59,225 nt of DNA from an uncultured virus (IMG/VR IMGVR_UViG_2061766007_000145) (IMGVR_UViG_2061766007_000145), one strand, 5' to 3'. Positions 35,631 through 46,863 are shown, counted from the first letter of the stretch. Numbers and translations are program-made. Notes: generated from the sequence alone by a model not told the origin.

Positions 35631-36965
35631 ATAGCTAACAGATACGAAGACATCAACAGTTTGGAAAGTGAGTCGGGAGTCCTTGCGTCATTGTTTCATA
35701 AACCAGATTTGATTTATTATTCAGAAGCATTGCTTCCAAAACACTTTTCAAATTACGAAAATCAGTGTATTTACACCGGAATTTCCAAGTTAATCGAGCA
35801 AGGCATAACCAATGTAGACCCCTACAATATCATCGAGGTTCTCAATTCTTCCGAAGCAACCAAAAAATATGCGGAAGCTCTCTCGGTTGAAAAGCTGATT
35901 GAGTTTGCCGAAGTAAGCGATGTTCTTGCAAGAAGTTCGGTTGAAGAGTACAAACTGCTTGTGAAGAACGTAATGGACGCGGCTTTCCGTAGGGATATGT
36001 ACCAAGGATTGCGACAATGTATTGATTTATGTCTGCAAGATGACGGAAGTGTAAGGGAAAAGATTTATCAAGTAATCGACGATACTATCGCTGCTTACTC
36101 CACATCAGAAGAAATTCCAGCTTTTGGTGATATTGTGGACGGGCTGTGGGACGAAATAAAGAAGCGTCAGGACAGTGGCTATTCGGGTATTCCCTTTAAG
36201 TTTCCCGCACTGAATGACTACGTAACAATTGAGCGAGGAGAGCTTGTGATATTTGGAGCGCAGCAAAAGGTAGGCAAGAGCATGATGCTCTTAAATATAG
36301 CTGTCGATTTACTGCGTCAAGGATACTCGGTTCTTTACATTGACTCCGAGTTGTCGTCCAGATTGTTCACGGCGAGAATATTAACTCATCTGACCGGTAT
36401 TGCTTACCGCGATTTGACTTCGGGGCATTATACGCCAGACGAAGAAGAGAAGATACTCGCTGCAAAAGAGTGGCTAAAGACAAGAAAATTTACACATCTC
36501 TATATGCCGTTCTTTGACGAGCAGAGTATTTTTGCCGCCACAAAACAGGTAGATCACCGTCAGGGCATCGACGTAATTATTATCGACTACTTTAAGTCAA
36601 CAGGCAATAACCTCGATGCCTACCAAACATACGCTGCTATGGGTCGGTGTGTAGACCTAATTAAGAATGAAATCGCGGGCTCGATGAATATTGCTGCTAT
36701 TGGAGCGGCACAGGCTACCATCAACAACAAGCTCGCAGACTCAGCGAAGATTGCGAGAAACGCTTCAACAATCGTCATGTTGATTGATAAGACGCCAGAT
36801 GAGATTGAAGCTGACGGCGTTGAATGCGGGAATAAAAAGATGATAGTAACTGTCAATCGAAACGGCGCACAAATGGCGCCCGGAGAATACATAGACTTAT
36901 TTTTTGACGGCTCAAAGGCGCTGTACGAACAAGCGCAGCAACACGCCGTGCAAATGCCGTACTAA
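35631..36965 (+). CDS. dnaB: DnaB-like replicative helicase (likely ATA start)
   Basis: GAQQKVGKS Walker A, YIDSE, IIDY. Confidence 0.88.
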   Translation: MANRYEDINSLESESGVLASLFHKPDLIYYSEALLPKHFSNYENQCIYTGISKLIEQGITNVDPYNIIEVLNSSEATKKYAEALSVEKLIEFAEVSDVLARSSVEEYKLLVKNVMDAAFRRDMYQGLRQCIDLCLQDDGSVREKIYQVIDDTIAAYSTSEEIPAFGDIVDGLWDEIKKRQDSGYSGIPFKFPALNDYVTIERGELVIFGAQQKVGKSMMLLNIAVDLLRQGYSVLYIDSELSSRLFTARILTHLTGIAYRDLTSGHYTPDEEEKILAAKEWLKTRKFTHLYMPFFDEQSIFAATKQVDHRQGIDVIIIDYFKSTGNNLDAYQTYAAMGRCVDLIKNEIAGSMNIAAIGAAQATINNKLADSAKIARNASTIVMLIDKTPDEIEADGVECGNKKMIVTVNRNGAQMAPGEYIDLFFDGSKALYEQAQQHAVQMPY

Positions 36966-37135
36966 GGAGTGACAATGGAAACAAAACTGCTACTCAATAT
37001 AATTCGCACACGCATAAATATGTGCGACAATAATCCAACACAACGACAGATTCTTGAGGAAATCAAAGCCGCGCTTGAGAGACTTCTCGAATATGAAAGC
37101 GGAACGAAGAGAGGATGAGTCAGGAGGGGTGTTGT

Positions 37136-38225
37136 GTGGATTTGAACGAACTTCTTGACAGAATTGATATTGTCGATTTGATTTCACAGTACGTGGATTT
37201 AGAGGAACGAAACGGAGAATATTGGGGGATCAGCCCCCTTAGAAATCCGCCAGAAAACACCCCTTCATTTTCTGTTCGCCGAGAGACACACAGGTTTTAT
37301 TGCTTCTCCACCGGCATAGGCGGTACAGCAATCACATTCCTTAAATACTATTATCACATTTCGGGTAGAGAAGCCATCGAAAAGCTAAAAGAATATACAG
37401 GAATACAGGGCGAGGTAATATCTCCACCCAATAAACTCGCGGCAACTAAGGTTTGTCAGAGATTTACCAGCCCAATCAGGCAGAAGAAGCAAGGTAAACA
37501 GCCTGTTCTCTCGGAAGACTACATGGAAAGATTTGAAGTCAGGGATGATAAGCTTGCTGTGTGGGAATCTGAGGGGATTTCAAGAGAGTCGCTTGAAAAA
37601 TTCCAAGTCAGTTACGATGCTTTTTCTGACAGACTTGTATATCCAATACGGGATTTGAGCGGGAACATCGTCAACATCGGCGGCAGAACGCTCGATCCGA
37701 ATTGGAAAGAAAAGAAGTTGAGGAAATACACTTACTTTGGTGGTTGGGACGGCGGCTTGAGCGTGGTTTACGGGCTTTTCGACAATCTAAGTCACATCAA
37801 AGAAGCAAAAGAGGTGATACTGTTCGAGGGGTGCAAGAGCGTCCTGCTCGCCGATACATACGGTATACATAACTGCGGAGCAATCCTGACGAGCCATCTA
37901 TCTCCACTTCAGATGAAGACATTGCTGAAACTTGGGTGTAGGGTGGTATTCGCTCTCGACAACGATGTTGATGTTACGCAAGACCATAATATCCAAAAGC
38001 TGAAAAGNNNNNNNNNNGTTGTTGAAACTTGGATGTAAAGTGGTGTTCGCTCTGGACAACGATGTTGATGTTACGCAAGACCATAATATCCAAAAGCTGA
38101 AAAGGTTTGTCAACGTGGAATTTTTACATGACACTGAAGGCTTGCTTGCAGAAAAAGATTCCCCGATTGATAAAGGAGAGGAGGTTTTTAATAAGCTATA
38201 TGCCAGTAGAAACAAACTTAGGTAA
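37136..38225 (+). CDS. dnaG: DNA primase (spans assembly gap 38008-38017)
   Basis: TPSFSV..FYCF degenerate CHC2, GGR, TOPRIM FEG..S, ALDND. Confidence 0.85.
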
Positions 38226-38589
38226 CGTGGTTGACGCTGATGGAAAGCCTTTTGACGGGCTTACAGCACTCCGCAGTGATTTTATCGCGGTAACAAGATT
38301 TGATAAGCTTGCTGCACTAAATGAGACACTCGCTTCAGAGTCAAGGTTAAAACAATATATCGAACGACGCATTAAAGAGTATATGCAAGAGCTCACGATG
38401 GAAGGACAAATACAAACGTCTATATCAAACGGGGTTGGGTTCACAGCATCAGACGCAGGGTTCATTACCGCGTCAAGAGAACCACATAAGGATGAGTGCA
38501 ACGAAGACACTTCCGACTCTCATCTAACCGACGCTCTTGCTGAGTTTTTGAATGGTTTTAATATCATGGACGGAGGGACTGATGAATAA
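38200..38589 (+). CDS. Hypothetical protein
   Basis: ATG 38200; C-terminal L.EFL..F motif. Confidence 0.7.
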   Translation: MPVETNLGNVVDADGKPFDGLTALRSDFIAVTRFDKLAALNETLASESRLKQYIERRIKEYMQELTMEGQIQTSISNGVGFTASDAGFITASREPHKDECNEDTSDSHLTDALAEFLNGFNIMDGGTDE

Positions 38590-38592
38590 ATA

Positions 38593-39039
38593 ATGTATAC
38601 TTTAAACCCCTCTGAAATAAAAATACACGACGACTTCCACCTGCGTCATAGTAACCGCTTTGAAGATTTGCTAAAGCATCATCCGGTTGATCTGGACGGA
38701 TTTTATGCGAGCGTAATTAAAGGTTCCAACAATAGTTTGGGAAATCATATTAGCTGGAAAGACCACATCTTCTATGAATTATTCGAAGACCCGTCCAGTA
38801 GTGAGAGAAACCAGAGCTTCGCGCTCAAAGAATTAATTCATTGCTTGCTTTCTAAAGGACTTGTCAGCGTGTTCTATCCAGACGGTACTCCGAGACCATT
38901 TGAAGATGTTCTGTCTGATACAAAAGAATTGCTATTTGAATATTTTGAAGATTGTCAAGATGAAAAACCAATGGAAGATAACGAGCTGATGGAGTTTTTG
39001 GATAGCTTTACAATCAAAGAAGGGGCGGTGGTTTTATAA
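38593..39039 (+). CDS. Hypothetical protein, paralog of 39036-39461
   Basis: LNPSE, Y.DGT, KP..DNELMEFL shared. Confidence 0.8.
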   Translation: MYTLNPSEIKIHDDFHLRHSNRFEDLLKHHPVDLDGFYASVIKGSNNSLGNHISWKDHIFYELFEDPSSSERNQSFALKELIHCLLSKGLVSVFYPDGTPRPFEDVLSDTKELLFEYFEDCQDEKPMEDNELMEFLDSFTIKEGAVVL

Positions 39040-39461
39040 GCGATGTATTAAACCCGTCTGAAGTGTTTGTATTTGATGGTTTATATCTAAACCGTAGTTA
39101 TAGTGTCGAAGATTGGGCGGAGTTTCAGCGCAGTAGATTTGAAGAGGCTTTATGTGATTTGGATGAGATTATTTCGGCGCACCATTCAGACGAGCCGGGA
39201 TACATAGATAATATTTATGAGGATTTTGCCACTCATAAAACATTGTCATTTAAGGTGTGGTTTGAGTATTACGTCGCTTATGATCTTATACAGACACATT
39301 ACAGTGATGGAACTTTAATGCCGCACGATGCTATTATGTCTGATATAAAACGATGCCTGTCGGTTGATATAGACACGTATAAAAGAAATAAACCATTAGA
39401 TGACAATGAGCTGATGGAGTTTTTATCTGGCTTTCCGATTGTCGAGGGGGTGGCTACATAG
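39036..39461 (+). CDS. Hypothetical protein (likely ATA start)
   Basis: In-frame LNPSE upstream of annotated GTG. Confidence 0.78.
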   Translation: MSDVLNPSEVFVFDGLYLNRSYSVEDWAEFQRSRFEEALCDLDEIISAHHSDEPGYIDNIYEDFATHKTLSFKVWFEYYVAYDLIQTHYSDGTLMPHDAIMSDIKRCLSVDIDTYKRNKPLDDNELMEFLSGFPIVEGVAT

Positions 39462-42400
39462 GGACATATATTATGTATCACTGTCACAGTGACTATAGCC
39501 TACTTGACTCTTGTACAAAGTATCAAGATTATATAGATTTGGCAGTAAGAGACGGGTCGAAGGCTTTGTCAATCTCTGAGCACGGTAAGCCACTGAATTG
39601 GTTTGAGAAGTGGGCAGCGTGTAGAAAAGCAGGTCTCAGGTATATCCACTCTGTTGAAATATACCTCACCGAATCGCTTGATGAAAAAGTGAGAGATAAC
39701 TACCACACGGTTTTAATGGCGAAAAACATGGACGGGTTCAGAGAACTTAACCGTCTTGTGAGTATATCGTGTGACTCAGATCACTTCTATTACAATAACA
39801 GAATCAGCTTTGATGAGTTTTTAGGAATCTCAGATAATATCATTACGACAAGTGCTTGTCTTGCTTCTCCGCTAAACCATCTTCAGGATACACACCCGCG
39901 ATATATGGAGCTTGCGAATAAATACGACTTCTTTGAAGTTCAGCCACACATCTGTGAAGAGCAAGCTGAATACAACAAAAGATTATTAAGTCTCTCCAAA
40001 AAACTTAACAAGCCCTTAATCGCAGGCACAGACACACATAGCTCAACCGCATACAAAAACAAGTGTAGGAATATTCTGATGTCGTCAAAGGGAAAATCAT
40101 ACGGTAATGAGGACGATTTTGATTTATCATATAAGACTTATGACGAGTTGGTTGATATGTTTTGTAAACAGGGGGCATTGCAAAGAGAGGAATACATACG
40201 TGCTATCGAAAACACCAATCTTTTGTACGAGCTTACAGAAGAACTTGAAATTGATACGTCTATTAAGTATCCAATCTTATACGGAACAAGAGAAGCTGAC
40301 TCAAAAAAATTTGTCCAAACCACGCATCAAATGTTTGAGGATAAGGTAAGCAATGGTATTATTCATCCAGAACAAAAAGATGCTTTCCAGAGTGCTATAC
40401 AGGAAGAGATAAGAGTTCTTCAGAAGTTGAATATGCCGGGGTTTATGCTTAGTATGTCTGAACTTGTAAGGTGGTGTAAATCAAACGGAATGGCTATAGG
40501 CTTCGGCAGAGGTTCTGTCGGCGGTTCACGAGTTGCGTATGTTACCGACATAATTGACGTAAATCCTGAAACTTGGCACACTGTATTCTCTCGGTTTGCG
40601 AACGAAGACAGAGAAGAGGTTGGTGATATTGACATTGACTGCGTTGAGTCAGACCGCCAAAGGATATTTGCATACATAACAGAGCGTTTCGGTGCAGATA
40701 AAACAGCGAAGGTCGCTTCTTTCGGAACGGCAAAGGCAAAAGGCGTTATTGATGACATAGGGAGAAGCCTCGCAAACGATTGGAAAAAAACTCATCAATC
40801 AACGGAAGAACAGCCAGATCAAAACCCGTGGTCTTTACCAAAGATAGCCGAGATAAAAGAGAAGCTTACTCCAGCGATACGTTACGCTGACGCAAATGGA
40901 AAGAACGATACACACAAGAAAGAAATAATTATGAGCTCTGACGAGTATAAGGTTCTTTCAAAAAAATATCCAGAACTGTTCTATTACTTTGACGGGCTGT
41001 ATGCTACGAAAATATCTCAATCTGTACATCCCGCTGGTATTGTCATTAGCCCAATCACATTACCGAATAACTACGGCGTATTTGTTAAAGATGACGAAAA
41101 CTGTTTGTTTCTTGACATGGAAAATGTGCATCTGGTCGGACTTGTAAAGTATGATTTTTTGGCACTAAAAACAGTACAGGTAGTAAGAGATACATGTAAT
41201 TATGTTGGAATGCCATATCCAAAATCAAACGAGGTTAATTGGGACGATGCAGATGTATGGAATAATATGGCGAAAGATTCAACATGTATTTTTCAGTTTG
41301 AAGGGAATTACGCATTTGAATGTTTGAAAAAGTTTAAACCTCGGAACATATTTGAGATGTGTTTGGTTACAGCGTGTATCAGACCAACCGGAGCTTCCTA
41401 TAGAGACGAATTACTTGCAAGAAAGACACATAAAAATCCCTCAGAAATGATAGACAAACTACTGAAAAATAACCTTGGTTATTTGGTTTTTCAGGAAGAT
41501 ACAATTGCTTTTCTCCAGCAAATATGCGGGTTGTCAGGCAGTGAAGCCGACAATATCAGGAGAGCAATTGGCAGAAAACAGAAAGATAGGCTTGATGCGG
41601 CAATGCCATCAATTCTTTCGGGGTACTGTGAAAAATCAGATAAACCGAGAAACGTGGCTGAACAAGAGGCAAAAGAGTTTTTGCAGGTCATCGAGGATAG
41701 TGCAAGTTATCAATTCGGTTTTAATCACAGCATAGCATATTGTCTGCTTAGTTACCTCTGTGCTTACTACCGTTACCATTTTCCTATCGAATTTATTACA
41801 TCATATCTTAACAATGCTGCCAACGATGACGACATAAAAACCGGAACAAAGTATGCTAACTCAGTCGGGATTAAAATAACTATGCCAAAATGGGGAGTGT
41901 CCAGAAGTGAATACTTCTACGATAAGGATAAGAATATTATCGCAAAGGGGTTATGTTCGGTTAAACACATGAGTGAAAAACCAGCAGAAGAATTGTTCAC
42001 TCTTGCTCACTCAGGGGCATACGAATACTTTACGGATGTTTTATCCGACATCGACAAGCAAACCTCTCTCAACACAAGGCAGCTTGATATTCTGATAAAG
42101 CTTGATTTCTTCTCAGAGTTTGGCAATCAGAGAGAGCTTCTCAGAATCACTGAGGTATTTTATGATCTATTCAAAAAAGGAGAGGCAAAAAAGATACCCA
42201 AGAGCAAAGTTGAGGGAACGCCATTCGAGCCGATCATCTCAAAATACTCCGTTGGTGTTACTAAAAGCGGAGGAATCGCCAAGAGTTATACCCTGCTTGA
42301 CACTACATCCATTCTACACGAGGCTGAAGATGCAATAAAGCAAGCTGGTATTCAGGATTTGAGCGAATACATAAAAGCGAAGAATTTTATAGACATCATG

Positions 42401-42670
42401 GGGTATGTCGGGTATACGTCAGGGAGAGAAGAAGATAGGAAAAAGCTGTATGTGCTTGAAATGTATCCAGCAAAGAGAAGAAAAGACGGTAAACAGTTTG
42501 GGTACACGGTACTTACCAAATCGGTTGGTAGCGGAAAAGAAGGGAAGTTTACGGTTTTTAACAAAACCTACGACAAGGCTCCAATAAAGAAGGGAGATAT
42601 GATTTACTGCAAAAGTTTTGAACGCAACGGGCAATATTTCACGCTATTAGATTACGACATGATTTATTAA
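39458..42670 (+). CDS. dnaE: DNA polymerase III alpha subunit
   Basis: PHP HCHSDYSLLD, GRGSVGGS, DIDID, HPAG, KYDFL, FN.SH. Confidence 0.96.
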   Translation: MGTYIMYHCHSDYSLLDSCTKYQDYIDLAVRDGSKALSISEHGKPLNWFEKWAACRKAGLRYIHSVEIYLTESLDEKVRDNYHTVLMAKNMDGFRELNRLVSISCDSDHFYYNNRISFDEFLGISDNIITTSACLASPLNHLQDTHPRYMELANKYDFFEVQPHICEEQAEYNKRLLSLSKKLNKPLIAGTDTHSSTAYKNKCRNILMSSKGKSYGNEDDFDLSYKTYDELVDMFCKQGALQREEYIRAIENTNLLYELTEELEIDTSIKYPILYGTREADSKKFVQTTHQMFEDKVSNGIIHPEQKDAFQSAIQEEIRVLQKLNMPGFMLSMSELVRWCKSNGMAIGFGRGSVGGSRVAYVTDIIDVNPETWHTVFSRFANEDREEVGDIDIDCVESDRQRIFAYITERFGADKTAKVASFGTAKAKGVIDDIGRSLANDWKKTHQSTEEQPDQNPWSLPKIAEIKEKLTPAIRYADANGKNDTHKKEIIMSSDEYKVLSKKYPELFYYFDGLYATKISQSVHPAGIVISPITLPNNYGVFVKDDENCLFLDMENVHLVGLVKYDFLALKTVQVVRDTCNYVGMPYPKSNEVNWDDADVWNNMAKDSTCIFQFEGNYAFECLKKFKPRNIFEMCLVTACIRPTGASYRDELLARKTHKNPSEMIDKLLKNNLGYLVFQEDTIAFLQQICGLSGSEADNIRRAIGRKQKDRLDAAMPSILSGYCEKSDKPRNVAEQEAKEFLQVIEDSASYQFGFNHSIAYCLLSYLCAYYRYHFPIEFITSYLNNAANDDDIKTGTKYANSVGIKITMPKWGVSRSEYFYDKDKNIIAKGLCSVKHMSEKPAEELFTLAHSGAYEYFTDVLSDIDKQTSLNTRQLDILIKLDFFSEFGNQRELLRITEVFYDLFKKGEAKKIPKSKVEGTPFEPIISKYSVGVTKSGGIAKSYTLLDTTSILHEAEDAIKQAGIQDLSEYIKAKNFIDIMGYVGYTSGREEDRKKLYVLEMYPAKRRKDGKQFGYTVLTKSVGSGKEGKFTVFNKTYDKAPIKKGDMIYCKSFERNGQYFTLLDYDMIY

Positions 42671-42690
42671 ATTCAGAAAAGGAAGTAGAT

Positions 42691-42996
42691 ATGATGAGAG
42701 TACCGGTAGAATTTTCAAAAGTAAGTGATATACAGAGGTTTACGGAGTTGGTCAAGACAGTTGATGAAGACGTCAGACTTACAGGCAAGGACGAGAACGG
42801 ACAGGGCTGGGATATTTCGGGTAAATCTTTGTTCTGTTCTCTGATTATGTCGGCTAAACTTCAGCACGATAGGGAGCATACAGCTCACGAGGTGGACTGG
42901 AATACCATCTGGTGTGAGTGTAAGAAAGACATTTATTCTCTTATCAAAGATTATGTAAGGGAGGCTCCCTTGGGTATCGAGGAGGCACATAATTAA
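42691..42996 (+). CDS. HPr-like small protein
   Basis: F...V.....DV.L ... GKSL pattern. Confidence 0.5.
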   Translation: MMRVPVEFSKVSDIQRFTELVKTVDEDVRLTGKDENGQGWDISGKSLFCSLIMSAKLQHDREHTAHEVDWNTIWCECKKDIYSLIKDYVREAPLGIEEAHN

Positions 42997-44234
42997 TGGA
43001 GAACAAGTGGACGAGAGCTGCTATTCCAGCCATGTTGATACATATTTCAGTCGGTACGGTGTACTGCTGGTCAACATTTAAGGAAGCAATCGCAGCTCAG
43101 ATTAAGATGTCACCGTTCTCGGTTGGCTGGGCTTTCAGTTTGGCAATATTCTTTCTCGGAATGTCAGCCGCGTTCTCGGGTAAGTTCGTTGAACGAGATA
43201 TACATAAATCCTCATTGATAGCGTGTATATGTTTTTCAACCGGAATGGTTGGCACGGGTATCGTGATAAGGTACATGACGGGAATTTGGGCACTGCTTGG
43301 GATATACCTATTCTACGGTATCATCATGGGTATAGGCTTGGGTATTGGATATTTGACTCCGGTAAAAACACTGATGCTGTGGTTCTCCAAAAACAAAGGG
43401 CTTGCTACGGGGATAAGCATTATGGGGTTCGGACTTGCGAAAGCAATAGCCACTCCCGTAATGAACCTACTCCAAAATGCCTACGGCGTTGCAAAAATGT
43501 TCTTCATTCTTGGAGTAGTGTATTTCATCGTTATGTATATCGGACATTTGATGCTGAAAAAGCCAGATAGTTGGGTTGAGCCAAAAGATAATAAGTCGGG
43601 CATAGGTGTTTCGATATTTAAGAACAAGCAGTTCATGGGTATTTGGCTAATGTTCTTCATCAATATCCACTGCGGATTGATGATTATTCCAAACGAAAGA
43701 CAGATTCTTACAAAAGTTTTTGCGGCGTCCGCAGTTCTTCCAATCATAATTAGCCTCGTACCATCATTGACTGCCGGAGCAAATGCTTTTGGACGAATCG
43801 GGTTCAGTACATTATCTGATAGGCTCGATCAACGGAACGATGTGTATAAATTAATTTTTGAATTATCCGTATGGGTGTCTACTATGGGATTTTTGACTAT
43901 GAGACATGTTTCGGATATTACAATCCTTGGTTTTGTGGTTATCTTTGCTTTGCTGATAATCAACGCAGGATATGGCGGTGGGTTTTCAACATTGCCAGCA
44001 TTACTCTCGGAAAGGTTCGGTATGGAAAACATCAGTGCTATCCACGGAATTGCATTGACCGCTTGGGCGGCGGCAGGAATTACAGGGAATAACACCGCTG
44101 AGTTGATTTTGAGTAACGGCGGTGGGTATGACACTATTCTGTTAGTGTGCTGGATCATGTATATAGTGGCATGGGGCATTTCCTCACTTGTAGTAAAATC
44201 CAAATCAAGAAAGGGTGAGGCTTTTGCAGGATGA
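42996..44234 (+). CDS. MFS transporter (oxalate:formate antiporter-like)
   Basis: Multiple TM segments, G.VY.WS, GYLTPV..L..WF...KGLATG, YGGGF. Confidence 0.88.
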   Translation: MENKWTRAAIPAMLIHISVGTVYCWSTFKEAIAAQIKMSPFSVGWAFSLAIFFLGMSAAFSGKFVERDIHKSSLIACICFSTGMVGTGIVIRYMTGIWALLGIYLFYGIIMGIGLGIGYLTPVKTLMLWFSKNKGLATGISIMGFGLAKAIATPVMNLLQNAYGVAKMFFILGVVYFIVMYIGHLMLKKPDSWVEPKDNKSGIGVSIFKNKQFMGIWLMFFINIHCGLMIIPNERQILTKVFAASAVLPIIISLVPSLTAGANAFGRIGFSTLSDRLDQRNDVYKLIFELSVWVSTMGFLTMRHVSDITILGFVVIFALLIINAGYGGGFSTLPALLSERFGMENISAIHGIALTAWAAAGITGNNTAELILSNGGGYDTILLVCWIMYIVAWGISSLVVKSKSRKGEAFAG

Positions 44235-44781
44235 AATCCGTAGGTATAAACCCACGCTCGTTGTAAACCTATTCGGAGCACCCGGAGCTGGTAAAAGTAC
44301 CGCCGCCGCATACATATTTGCTCTCTTAAAGATGGCGGGGATTAACGCAGAGCTCGTGACGGAATTTGCGAAAGATGTAGTTTGGGAAGAAGCTAAAGAA
44401 CCGTTCAATACTCAGGCATATATATTCGGACAGCAGTATTTCAGACAGAACCGATGTAACGGTAAGGTTGATGTAATCGTAACGGACTCTCCGTTGTTAT
44501 TGTCCGTCATCTATAATCGCCATCCCGACGCGGGTTTTACGATACATGTATTTAACTCGTTCAACACGTTTGAAAATCGGAACTATTATCTCAATCGTAC
44601 CCACCAGTTTGACGAGTCGGGTAGAATTCACAGTGAGGAAGAATCAAATGCTATTGCTAACAAAATCAAGTTTCTTTTACGTAACTATTCCGTTCCGTAC
44701 ATAGAAGTAGATAGTACGGAAGAGTCGTATAGGAATATTGCCAACGAGATAATCCGAATTATAAAGGGGGTAACTGCTTGA
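44215..44781 (+). CDS. P-loop NTPase (NadR/AAA_28-like)
   Basis: GAPGAGKST, TDSPLL. Confidence 0.85.
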   Translation: MRLLQDEIRRYKPTLVVNLFGAPGAGKSTAAAYIFALLKMAGINAELVTEFAKDVVWEEAKEPFNTQAYIFGQQYFRQNRCNGKVDVIVTDSPLLLSVIYNRHPDAGFTIHVFNSFNTFENRNYYLNRTHQFDESGRIHSEEESNAIANKIKFLLRNYSVPYIEVDSTEESYRNIANEIIRIIKGVTA

Positions 44782-45011
44782 AAATTTTGGTAAAGGGAGA
44801 CACGAACATCACAAGGGAGTTCCGCTGCGATTGTTGCGGGTGTAGATTCTTAGCCAGTAAGGAAGAATATTATTTCGGAAGGTTTTCTGAAACGCCACAG
44901 AGCAGATGCCCTAACTGTAAACGGGTGTGCTATGGAAGTTACGGAACAGTAAACGACCCCGAAGATTATGATTTACCAAGAAGAAGGACGATACGGGGGT
45001 ATACATATTAA
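44778..45011 (+). CDS. Zn-ribbon small protein
   Basis: CDCC ... CPNC. Confidence 0.7.
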   Translation: MKILVKGDTNITREFRCDCCGCRFLASKEEYYFGRFSETPQSRCPNCKRVCYGSYGTVNDPEDYDLPRRRTIRGYTY

Positions 45012-45759
45012 TTACAAATTACTTCACGGAGATTGTATTTCACTTATGCAGGAAATCCCAGACAAATCCATAGACTTTATCTGCTGTGATCTCCCCTACG
45101 GAACGACGAAAAACAAGTTCGATACAAGACTTCCACTTGAAGCGCTGTGGGGGGGGTACAAGAGAATAATAAAAGATAATGGTTGTATTGCTTTATTCGC
45201 CCAGACTCCGTTTGACAAGATGCTGGGAGCAAGTAATCTCGAAATGTTGAAATACGAATGGATTTGGGAGAAGCCAATGGCAACAGGGCGATTAAATTGC
45301 AACTTTGCCCCGATGAAAGCCCATGAAAATATCCTGATCTTCTCTAAAAGCGCAGCTTGCTACGTCAAAGACAAGAGCAAAGCGATGGTTTATCACCCAC
45401 AGATGACAGAGGGAAAGCCGTACAAGGCTGTATCCGGCAGAGCAAGCACGAACTACGATATGAAATGGTCAAGAGAAACGCTTACTGTCAATACAGGGAC
45501 GCGGTATCCAAGAGATATACAAAGGTTTCCTCACGATAAAGAAAAATTTCACCCTACGCAGAAACCAGTTGCGCTCTTAGAGTATCTCATCAGGACGTAT
45601 ACCGACGAGGGTGACATGGTTCTTGACAATTGCATGGGTTCGGGTAGTACCGGAGTTGCGTGCCTGAATACGAATCGCAACTTTATCGGGATGGAGCTTG
45701 ACGAGGAATATTTTAACATAGCAAAAAAGAGAATTGAAGCAAGGGAGATGGTTGGTTGA
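45007..45759 (+). CDS. DNA N6A/N4C methyltransferase (beta class)
   Basis: DLPY, HPTQKP, VLDNCMGSGSTG. Confidence 0.93.
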   Translation: MNYKLLHGDCISLMQEIPDKSIDFICCDLPYGTTKNKFDTRLPLEALWGGYKRIIKDNGCIALFAQTPFDKMLGASNLEMLKYEWIWEKPMATGRLNCNFAPMKAHENILIFSKSAACYVKDKSKAMVYHPQMTEGKPYKAVSGRASTNYDMKWSRETLTVNTGTRYPRDIQRFPHDKEKFHPTQKPVALLEYLIRTYTDEGDMVLDNCMGSGSTGVACLNTNRNFIGMELDEEYFNIAKKRIEAREMVG

Positions 45760-46166
45760 GTTTCGATATTAGTCTCGTAGACCCTGTTACCAAAGAAACA
45801 CTACTACTTGATTCTCCACATATGATGCAAGGCGGTACATATGCGGTTAATGGGACAGATGAAGCGTGGTTGAATGTGACTTATAACTATGCAGTGTGGT
45901 ATTGTAAAGATGGGGTTTTCGAGAATAAAGGCGGTATTCGTTCCATAAACGGGACGTCCGGAGCTGAGAGCATCCCTATTCTCCAAAAAGCAATCGAAGC
46001 TTTGAGCTCCGCAGATGATAGCTGGGCTGAAGAAAAGATCAAAGGTGCCGAAGCTCACGGGATTACGGGGTATTGGTTGCCGACAAGAGAGAACGCGATG
46101 AAACCTCTGTATCAGTTGATAGCGTTAGCGAGGGCAAGACCGGATGGGGTTTGGTTGATAGAATAA
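45756..46166 (+). CDS. Hypothetical protein
   Basis: NVTYN motif. Confidence 0.75.
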   Translation: MSFDISLVDPVTKETLLLDSPHMMQGGTYAVNGTDEAWLNVTYNYAVWYCKDGVFENKGGIRSINGTSGAESIPILQKAIEALSSADDSWAEEKIKGAEAHGITGYWLPTRENAMKPLYQLIALARARPDGVWLIE

Positions 46167-46190
46167 GCTCTGCACGAGGGAGAAGATAGA

Positions 46191-46670
46191 ATGAGCAAGT
46201 CACTTGATTTTTGTATTCAAGTCGCGTTAGACCCTACAAGATCATCGTATAGTGACAAGGATTGGAGCAAGGCAATCGAGCTTCAGAGCACGAGGATTAT
46301 GATAGACGAAATGCTTGAGGGTATACGGAAGTATGTACTGGAATATGACGATGATGGTAGCAAGGGAGTAATTAATATTGAGTTGGTATTAAATGCTGAC
46401 GCCGATTTCCAATACTTTACTTCTGAGAGTTTCGTATCTGACGGGTCGCTGGCATTTATAACGGACGCCTCCGAAAAATTAATCAGTAGGGTTTTGGGCG
46501 GCAGAAGTTATTATGCTGGTCTTAAAGAGCCAGAATACGGAGATACTATTGAGTTCACAATCGGGAATCTTATATTGCTTACTGAGCACGGGGATTTCGG
46601 CACGGAAGAAAAACCGTGGCTGAGAGAGCGTAATACGATTCTTTTGCCAGTGGCGATGAGGTATCTTTAA
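46191..46670 (+). CDS. Hypothetical protein
   Basis: ORF with SD. Confidence 0.72.
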   Translation: MSKSLDFCIQVALDPTRSSYSDKDWSKAIELQSTRIMIDEMLEGIRKYVLEYDDDGSKGVINIELVLNADADFQYFTSESFVSDGSLAFITDASEKLISRVLGGRSYYAGLKEPEYGDTIEFTIGNLILLTEHGDFGTEEKPWLRERNTILLPVAMRYL

Positions 46671-46692
46671 TCAAACAAGGTGGTGGTACGAA

Positions 46693-46863
46693 TTGACAAT
46701 CAGAGAATTGTATCAATGGGCTGAAGAAAACGACGCGCTTGATTTAGAGATTGAAGTCCAGTATAGGGATGGGGCAGCTTATTATTTTGGGCGAGCTGCT
46801 CCCAACCCACGGATTTCTGAACGAGAAGAAGATGAACAAGTTGAAAGGATTGTGAGTGTTTGA
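46693..46863 (+). CDS. 56-aa protein, paralog of 13387-13557
   Basis: Paralogy. Confidence 0.78.
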   Translation: MTIRELYQWAEENDALDLEIEVQYRDGAAYYFGRAAPNPRISEREEDEQVERIVSV

